DNA of 64,000 nucleotides from Octopus sinensis (Eukaryota): NCBI RefSeq assembly GCF_006345805.1, contig NW_021833278.1, positions 1 to 64,000 of the forward strand, read 5' to 3'. Shown piece by piece: positions 54,591 to 64,000 of this stretch (position 1 is its first letter; each line of letters starts with the position of its first letter). The notes under the pieces were generated by a model. It saw only the letters and a program-made list of their open reading frames with translations, ran no database searches and was not told where the DNA came from. The position numbers and the translations under genes were made by a program.

Positions 54591-56524
54591 TATTTTCTAC
54601 TCTAGGTACAGGTCCCCAAATTTTGGAGAAGAAGGCCAGACGATTAGATCGACTCCAGTACGCAACTGGTACTTAATTTATCGACCCCGGAAGAATGAAC
54701 GGCAAAGTTGACCTCGGCAGAATTTGAACTCAGAACGTAGAGGCAGACGAAATACCACTAAGCGTTTCGCCCAGCGTGCTAATGATTCTGCCAGTTCGCT
54801 GTCTTACAACAATAAATAATAATAAAATAATCCTTTCTACTCTAAGGTAGAAGTCTTGAAATTTAGGGGAGGGGGATAGTCAATTACATCGACCCCCAGT
54901 GTTTCACTGGTACTTAATTTATCAACCACGAAAGGATACAAGGAAAAGTCGACCTCGGCGAAATTTGAATTCAGAACGTAAAGACAGACGAAATTTTGCT
55001 AAGTATTTCGTCCGGCGTGCTAACGATTCTACCAGCTTGCCGCCTTACAACAATAAATGATAATAAAATAATTTAAAAAAAAAAACAATATTGATTCTTC
55101 AATAGGAACAAAGCCTGAAAATTTGACTGGTGCTTATTTTATCGATTCCGATTGGACGAAAGGTAACGTCAACTCCGAATGAAGCGACTTCTTCGAACAC
55201 GTTAAGGATTCTGCCAGAAAAATTAGAGGATACTACTCGACTACATTGACCCCAGTGCATAACTGGTACTTATTTCCTCGGCTCTGAAAGGATGAAAGAC
55301 AAAGTCTACCCTAATTGGAATTTGAAATCACAATGTAAAGCTGAATGAGATGCCTTTCTCCAACACGTGAACGATTCTGTCAGCGCGTTACCTTAATAAC
55401 AATAATAATGATTTCAAATTTTGGCACAAGGCCAGCAATTTAGGGGAGGGGCTAAGTTGATTACATCGACCCCCCAGTACTCAACAGACTAAATACCTAT
55501 TTCTTTATTATCCACAAGGGGTTAAACACAGAGGGGACAAACAAGGACAGACATAGGTATTAAGTCGATTACATCGACCCCAGTGCGTAAATGGTACTTA
55601 ATTTATCGACCCCGAAAGGATGAAAGGCAAAGTCGACCTCGGCGGAATTTGAACTCACAACGTAACGACAGACGAAATACCTCTAAGCATTTTTCCCGGC
55701 GTGTTAACGATTCTGCCAGCACACCGCTTTAATAATAATAATAGTATTAACCCTTTCTGTTATTGGCGCAAAGCCTGAAATTGTGGTGGTGGTGGTGGTG
55801 GTGGTAGTGGTGGTGGTGGTGGTGGTGGTGGTGGTGGTGGTGGGGAACTAATCGAAGGAACTAAAAGAGTAAAAGAGTAAACTGCTAAGTTACGAAACGT
55901 AACCCTACGAACACCGATTGTCAAAACACACACACACGCACACACACACACACACACAAATGTACATACGTACATACATACATACATACATACATACACA
56001 TACCAGCCCATTGGGATTATTCTCTTTCTGTTATTGGAAAGAAGCGTGGGAAATAAGGACAAGGAAACAATAAAAAAAAAAATACAAATTCTCTGTAAAC
56101 ATTTAATAATAGATACTATTGATAATGATATTGCTAAAACTGAAAACAGACGCTTGTTTCGGGATAATGTACTTCCTCAGGGCAAAAAAAATTATATTAC
56201 ATTCGGTTTGTGCTGGCATGTAAATAAATAAAGGGAATATTAACTAGTTATGTGTAATGCGAAAATAGAAGTCGAAAGAATTTTTTCCCTTCGCCAGTAA
56301 CATGGAAGTGTCGCTCAGCAATTAAAATATTACGTTAGCTTCCATCTAGGCAATTTCCATCTTGCGTTTCTTGGTTTTAATTGAGCCGTTCTGTATAGGA
56401 TTTTGAGAAACTCCTTGTTCTATGTTAGATTTCTGGAACAAAAAAACGCGCATTCCGCAGCGTAGTTCCGAATTCAGCAACAAGATATTGATGGAAATTC
56501 CCTCCAAGTGGAATCCAATCCCAA

Positions 56525-56695
56525 CGTAGAATTATACATACATACATGCATACATGCATACATACATACATACATACATACATACATACATGCATGCATA
56601 CATACATACATACATGCATGCATGCATACATGCGTACATACATACATACATACATACATACATACATGCATACATACATGCATACATACATACAT

Positions 56696-56730
<35 letters not shown>

Positions 56731-56814
56731 TACATACATATATACATCCATACATACATACATACTTACATACATACATACACACATACATACATACATA
56801 CATACATACATACA

Positions 56815-56848
<34 letters not shown>

Positions 56849-56870
56849 CATACATACATACATACATACG
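56525..56870. repeat. (CATA)n microsatellite
   Basis: Direct reading. Confidence 0.95.
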
Positions 56871-56945
56871 TATATATTGTTGGCATAATTAGAATTTTGG
56901 CAACCGTGAAAGTCAAATCATATAAGCCATTAAATAAAAACTCTC

Positions 56946-57002
<57 letters not shown>

Positions 57003-57235
57003 TAATAATAATAATTATAACAACAACAACAACAATAATAATAATGATAATTATTATTATTATTATCATTATCTATATTTGATTGTTATTTATTCATTTT
57101 TTTATTTAAATGCCTGCACATATAGAATGTAATGAGAATTTCCTGTCCTGAAGAATTACATTATGGTGAAATAAACCTCTTAATTGCTTCGGGTTTCGAC
57201 GTTTCCAACGAGATGTATATATATATATATATATA

Positions 57236-57652
57236 CATCAGGGACAACTGATGAAGGGGAATGTTCTTTATGTTGCTGGTCTCGTTTCTCTGTTTTTTTT
57301 CGATTTTCGAAAAAAGTTCGTTTTCTATGTTTTTGTTTTTATGTTTTCGTTTTTCATTATGATCAACGTTTTATTTTGATGTCCTGTACCCATATATGCA
57401 TGTATATATACATATATATGTAGGTATGTACATATATGTATGTACGTATATAATTATATATTATTTATATTATATTATATTATATTATATATATATTTTT
57501 TTTTCTCTCCCTATTTATTTTCTCATGTTCCTTTGTTTTGAAGAGCGTAGGCTCGAAACGTAAAATATTTTCTTACTTTCCCGAGCGTTAAACTAATACA
57601 CCTGTTTGTTGTTTATACTCTCCGTCTTTTGTTTTCTTTGTAAATTCCATCC

Positions 57653-57694
<42 letters not shown>

Positions 57695-58096
57695 GGGACA
57701 ACTGATGAAGGGGAATGTTCTTTATGTTGCTGGTCTCGTTTCTCTGTTTTTTTTTCGATTTTCGAAAAAAGTTCGTTTTCTATGTTTTTGTTTTTATGTT
57801 TTCGTTTTTCATTATGATCAACGTTTTATTTTGATGTCCTGTACCCATATATGCATGTATATATACATATATGTAGGTATGTACATATATGTATGTACGT
57901 ATATAATTATATATTATTTATATTATATTATATATATATATTTTTTTTTCTCTCCCTATTTATTTTCTCATGTTCCTTGTTTTGAAGAGCGTAGGCTCGA
58001 AACGTAAAATATTTTCTTACTTTCCCGAGCGTTAAACTAATACACCTGTTTGTTGTTTATACTCTCCGTCTTTTGTTTTCTTTGTAAATTCCATCC

Positions 58097-58110
<14 letters not shown>
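57236..58110. repeat. 454-bp direct tandem duplication, units separated by (TA)n
   Basis: catcagggacaactgatgaagggg at 57236 and 57690; both units end ...gtaaattccatccaac-(TA)n. Confidence 0.95.
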
Positions 58111-58151
<41 letters not shown>

Positions 58152-58289
58152 TGGATGGATGGATGATAGACGGAAACATATATGCATACATACATACATC
58201 ATAAGCAGGCAGTTGTCCGATATGTCATCACGGTATTCATCTACCGATGAGACATGATGTTGTAGCTCTGCCACTCTATAATGAACTCC

Positions 58290-58790
58290 GTCGGAAAGAT
58301 AATTCCGAGGACAAAGAAATAAGAACCCATAGTATGGTAGAAGCCATAGCTACTCACAATAAAAAGATGTACTGGTGGAATGATCCAGTGAAGACCTCAA
58401 TAAAATGTAAGCACAACAGACCTGATATAATGATTTAGGATGGAGAAGAGAAACTGTGCAGTTGTGGAAATTAGCTGCCCAGCAGATGTTAATAAAGCTG
58501 AAGATTAGTGAAAAAGAGAGAAATCTGTTGTTACTCCATCTAGATTACAAAATCAAGTTTATACCCTGGGATATGTAACACACTGCCTAAATACCAATCT
58601 TAAGAAATTAGGCTTCAGAAAGCCAGAAAGGAGAAAGCTACAAATCCAGTCCATCACTGGAACTGTAAGAATCTGTAAAACTTTCCAGAAGTTTTACAGA
58701 TGTTTATTAAACATATATGAGCATGTCTAGATATGCAACTCTATGCATGAGAATACATACATAAAGCATACAAATCTGCACATATACATA
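58290..58790 (+). mobile_element. Decayed 3' end of another RLE-type LINE, abutting (CATA)n
   Basis: MYWWNDPVKTSIKCKHNRPDIMI, then VVEISCPADVN. Confidence 0.65.
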
Positions 58791-59339
58791 CATACATACA
58801 TACAAACATACATACATACATACATACACACATACATACATACATACATACATACATACATACATACATACATACATACATACATACATACATACATACA
58901 TACGTACAAAAATACCCTGTTGTTGATGTTGCCATTCCAGTGAAGGGGCATTGGATCAAGGTTAGAAACCGGTTCTTTCTCTATTGGAAAAAATCTTGAA
59001 TTAAGCTGAATAATGACATACAAACGTAAATGAACCGATGCACGCATCAATAAGAAGTAACATAATCCCTGATCTTTTCAATAGCCAATAATTACTAATC
59101 GATATTGGAATATTCTAAGCGGCAACAAACAGAGGAGCAAAGGAACAAAATATATACACATTAAAATGGAGGAGTTTTGTTGAAGCATTGAATGATAGAA
59201 ATATACGATAACACTACAAATTTGATTTTTTTTCTCTCTCTGAAGTTTGCTTTACGTCTCGCATTGTTCCGGCCTTACACAAATCTTTTTTGAAATACAT
59301 GTATGCGTACATACATACATACATACATACATACATACA

Positions 59340-59370
<31 letters not shown>

Positions 59371-59405
59371 GTAAATATATATATATAATATATAAATATA
59401 CATAA

Positions 59406-59440
<35 letters not shown>

Positions 59441-59562
59441 TATATATACACTTATATACATACACACACACACACATATGTATATACACATATACATATA
59501 TATATATACACATATATACATTTATATATATAATTATATATATATGTATATATATATATAAT

Positions 59563-59596
<34 letters not shown>

Positions 59597-60175
59597 CTTG
59601 TATAAATATATGTAAATATATATATGTATACCAGTAAATATATATAGATATGTGTATCTCTGTGTTATGTATGCAAGCATGTATATAGCTATAGATATAG
59701 ATAGACACACACACATATACATATATATATATGTATATATATATATTATATATATATATATAATTATATATATATATTATATATATATATATTATATATA
59801 ATATATATATATATAATATATATGTAAATATACATATGTATACCAGTAAATATATATAGATATGTGTGTGTATCTCTGTGTTTATGCATGTATGTATGCA
59901 TATATAGATATAGATACAGACATACACACACACACACGCATGTATATAAGATGAGGGGAAATTTTCCCACATCACTGAATACATGAAAGAAATGTCTATA
60001 ATCAGAAAACGGTGCGTGTGATAAATGATAAATGCAAGCTTAGTTTTCAACCTTAAACATTATATTTCTATATTATATATCTCACGTACCCGTTGTGAGA
60101 AATCCCCATTTTCTAGTCCTATGACATTAAACTCGATAAGAAGTCGTGTAGTAGCAGTAGCAGCAGCAGCAGCAA

Positions 60176-60234
<59 letters not shown>

Positions 60235-60465
60235 ATGGGGGTTAGGAATTTTTGGCAAATCTTTCCGACGTCGGTGTCGTTGACACAGTATTTCGATGGG
60301 TTCGCACGCCAAAAAAAAAAAAAAAAAAAAATGTGGGGTGGAAATGGTCCTATATTAGGGGCCCACATAAATTCGTACGGTTCCCCCACCACCACCACTC
60401 TTGTTCATTTTAATCATTTCCAATGCTATCTGAAATATTTTCCTCGTCCTGTTTTATAGCCCCTA

Positions 60466-60506
<41 letters not shown>

Positions 60507-61075
60507 CGCTATTCTTTCTGTACAACTTTTGTTCATTGTTTCTGAGATATGAATAAATTTTACTTCTTTTCTGGCGTAAAAACAACCGAGTACTAAGTAG
60601 GAAAAGAAAACAAAACAAAAACAAAAAGCACAAACGGATTTATCTATTACTATTACCCAGCAGCGCCATAACATACCATGAAGTGGACTGTCGCGCATTC
60701 GTTAGATAAATATAATATATATATATATATATAGAGAGAGAGGGAGAGAGAGAGAGAGAAACAGACAAACTGATGATAAATAGATAGATAGACAGATAGA
60801 CAGATATGTATATATATATATATAGAGAGAGAGAGAGGGAGAGAGAGAGAGAGAAACAGACAAACTGATTGATAAATAGATAGATAGACAGATAGACAGA
60901 TATATATGTGTATATATATATATATAGATATATATATATTATATATATATATATGTATATATATATAATATATATATATGTATATATATATATAATATAT
61001 ATATTATATATATTATATATATATATATAGATATATATATATATTATATATATGTATATATATATATATATTATA

Positions 61076-61145
<70 letters not shown>

Positions 61146-62087
61146 CATATATGTATATATATATATTATATTATATATATATTATATATATATATATATA
61201 TTTGTTGGCAAAAATAAATTGTACCTGTATTTCAATGGACCAGCCTTGTCACATTCTGTTTCACTTTGAATCTCCCTGAGAACTACGCTAATCGTACGCT
61301 TGTCCGTGGAATGCTCAGCCCTTTGTACGTTAATTTCGGGAGCAGGCTTTTTCCGTTGATCGGATCAACTGGAACCGTCGTCGTCGTAAATGACGGAGTA
61401 CCAGTTAGTTTTGAAGGAATGAAACTCTATCCACGACTTTTGTAGACTCCTCTTAGACTGGTAACATTGAAGCCGTTTTTCAGGGTGGTTTTCATAAATG
61501 GTGGAGAGGCAGAAGTTTGTACTGGATGCAAGAATTGCAACACAGAAAGGAACGCAAAAGGAAAAACTAAACTTGCTATCGTCAATTCGGTTCTCTTGTC
61601 TCCTCTGATCAGTGACCAAGTATTTTGGTTGCCGAAAGAGTATGATCGCAAAAACAAGCGGCCGAAACAAAGATCGCTGGAATAACGTTACTGCGCAGCT
61701 CAGAGATCAAAAAGTTACTCCAGGTTGTAACACTACTTCTTGGCATGTAGAGGTCACAGTTTCAATATTAAGAGCATGGGGCATGAATGCCTGAGGAATG
61801 AATCGCTGGACATATTTTATGGGCAAAACCATCTGGCGGGGTAACAGCCATAGCCTTGGTTGATTTTTGCTTCTGGGGTCAGCTAGAACATTTGCTGATG
61901 TTTGTTTCTGATAGACCCCTTTGAAGGACCCTGCCCTCACGATTCACAAAAAAGCAAGTGGGCTATGAAAATATATCAATGTAAGGCTCTGTGTGTGACT
62001 GACTACACACACACACACCACACACACACACACACACACCACACACACACACACATATATATATATATAATATATATATATATATAT

Positions 62088-62123
<36 letters not shown>

Positions 62124-62911
62124 TTGTTGATCTAACAAATGGTTTGTTAGTTTATTGTTGACGACATCGCTAGATCGATTCCAAGTAAAGCAACAGATTA
62201 TGAATCGCTTGATAGTCCCACGATGGAGTATATCCCGTTTGTTATCGCTAGAATAACTCAAGGCGGCGAGCTGTTCGAATCATTAGTGCGTCGTACAAAA
62301 ATGCTTAGCGACATTTCTTTTGACTCTATGTTCTGAGTTCAAATTCCGCTGAGGTCGACTTTACATTTATCCTTGATAAAACAAATACCAGTTGAGCACT
62401 GGTATAATCAACTAATCCCCCCCCCCACTTCCCAAAATTTCAAGACTGTTCTTATGGTAGAAACAGTTATTAGTATTACTAGTATATCGCAAGCTGGCAG
62501 GACCATTAGAGCGTTAGACAAAACACTTTGCAGCTTTTCTGACTCATTACCCTCTGGGTTCAAATAGCGCCGAAGTCAGCTTCGCTTTTTATTCTTTCGG
62601 GAGATAAAAATTCCTTCAGAAGACATTGGTCAGCCCGGAGCTATAGCAGAAATTTCTTGCCGAAGGTGCCATGCAGTGGGATTGAACCCGAAACTACGTG
62701 CTTGAAAAGTTAGCTTCTTAACCACACATCTATAACTGTATCTATGGAAACATTGTGAATGTCTTCTATGACAGACAAAATTATGAATGACAGACAAAAT
62801 TATGAATTTTAACACCTTGACCTTTTCGTCACTTTATTTCTGTCAAATACATTGACTATGTTTCAATTAATTTTGAAACTAATTAATCTAATTAAACTAA
62901 TAAGAATTTAG

Positions 62912-62942
<31 letters not shown>

Positions 62943-63231
62943 CTCTGGCGTTTGGGACATAAATTAGTATGGAATTTAATTCAGATAATTTAAAAACAGA
63001 AAGCTTTTATTATATGATCAGGGGCAAAAGGTGCTAAGATTGGCAGAATCTTTAGTGCGTCGGACAAAATGCTGAGCAGTATTTTTCCTGATTCTTTATG
63101 TTTTGAGTTCAAATTCTACCGAAGTCAACTTTGCTTTTCTTCCTTCAGAATCGATAAAATAAAATCCCCACCAAAAATTTCTCGTCTTGTGTTAAAATCA
63201 GAAAGAATTATAGAACCATAGATGTTATCGG

Positions 63232-63520
63232 GTGGAGGCACGTGGCCTGGTGGTTAGAGAAGCGGACTCGCGGTCGAGGGATCGCGGATTCGAATCTTAA
63301 ACCGGGCGAGTGTGTGTTTATGAGCGAAACACCTAGGCTCCACGCGGCACCGGCAGGAGGTAATGGCGAACTTCTGCTGACTCTTTCGCCACAACTTTCT
63401 CTCACTCTTTCCTCCGGCATCTTGCAGCTCACCTGCGACGGACCGGCGTCCCGTCTAGGTGGGAAATCTAAACGCCAAGGAAACCGGGAAACCGGCCCTA
63501 TGAGCCAAGCGTGGCTCGAG
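63232..63520 (+). mobile_element. tRNA-headed SINE family C
   Basis: ggaggcacgtggcctggtggttagagaagcgg...ggattcgaatc with A/B-box-like motifs. Confidence 0.7.
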
Positions 63521-64000
63521 AAGGAACAAACAGATGTTATCAGAGGGATTGCTATCAAAAGGGTTTATTACCGTATTTTCTTGTATACAAGTCGACGTAG
63601 TGTATAGTGTAAACATACAAACAGCTTCTCTATCTTTTCAAACGCTACTGCGTTTCCCGTAGAAGTTTTGGTCCTTCGAAGTCGTCTTGGTGTATAAGTC
63701 GACCTACCTATTTCGTCTGTAAATTTTAGTCTGAAAAATTCGTCTTTTATACCGAAAAGAACCCCGGTATATTTTTAAAATCTATGGTTCAACTACTTAA
63801 CCCTGGTGATTCGTCGCAGTAGACCGTTTTTGAACCTTTTCTTTAAACATTCACGCAGATTTTTATTTACTCTTTTTAGTCAGGAGGGAAGAGAGCACTC
63901 ATGGCCCTTTACGGGGGTTCTGAAACTGGTGGGAGACAGGGAACAAGGAAAGGTAGTCTCAAATCGGTAAACTTGCTTGTGATGTTTAAAACACAGTGAA

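Noticed and set aside
61365-61940. Several 60-100-aa ORFs, one with a hydrophobic N-terminus, as the missing exon 1 of paralog 3
   Set aside because: No similarity to MEHRIYKNMIVLVV and no matching promoter or donor.

Overview
AT-rich, microsatellite-dense animal genomic DNA. The repeat families (recurring tRNA-headed SINEs, RLE-type LINEs, TA/AAT/CATA tracts) suggest an octopod cephalopod; this is inferred, not verified. Most six-frame ORFs are microsatellite read-through. Two real coding systems are supported, both on the minus strand. (1) A spliced gene of unknown family with a C-terminal coiled coil (exons about 5536-4701, 2522-2376, possibly 2278-2219). (2) A tandem cluster of three paralogous small secreted-peptide precursor genes (about 32.7-51.5 kb) that is invisible in the ORF track until spliced. 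A phase-0 signal-peptide exon joins a phase-0 exon ending in a C-x6-C cyclic peptide of allatostatin-C/somatostatin type (NDPCIWNVISCV-KRKK in the intact copy; EAPCLWGDVHCL in a strongly diverged copy; one copy frameshifted). The cysteine loop has diverged far faster than the adjacent UTR or the signal exon, a toxin-like or neofunctionalisation pattern. The rest is decayed R4/Dong-like LINEs at (TAA)n tracts, mariner and hAT transposase relics, a Helitron-like element, SINE concatemers, hammerhead-like motifs, minisatellites and several long inverted repeats.
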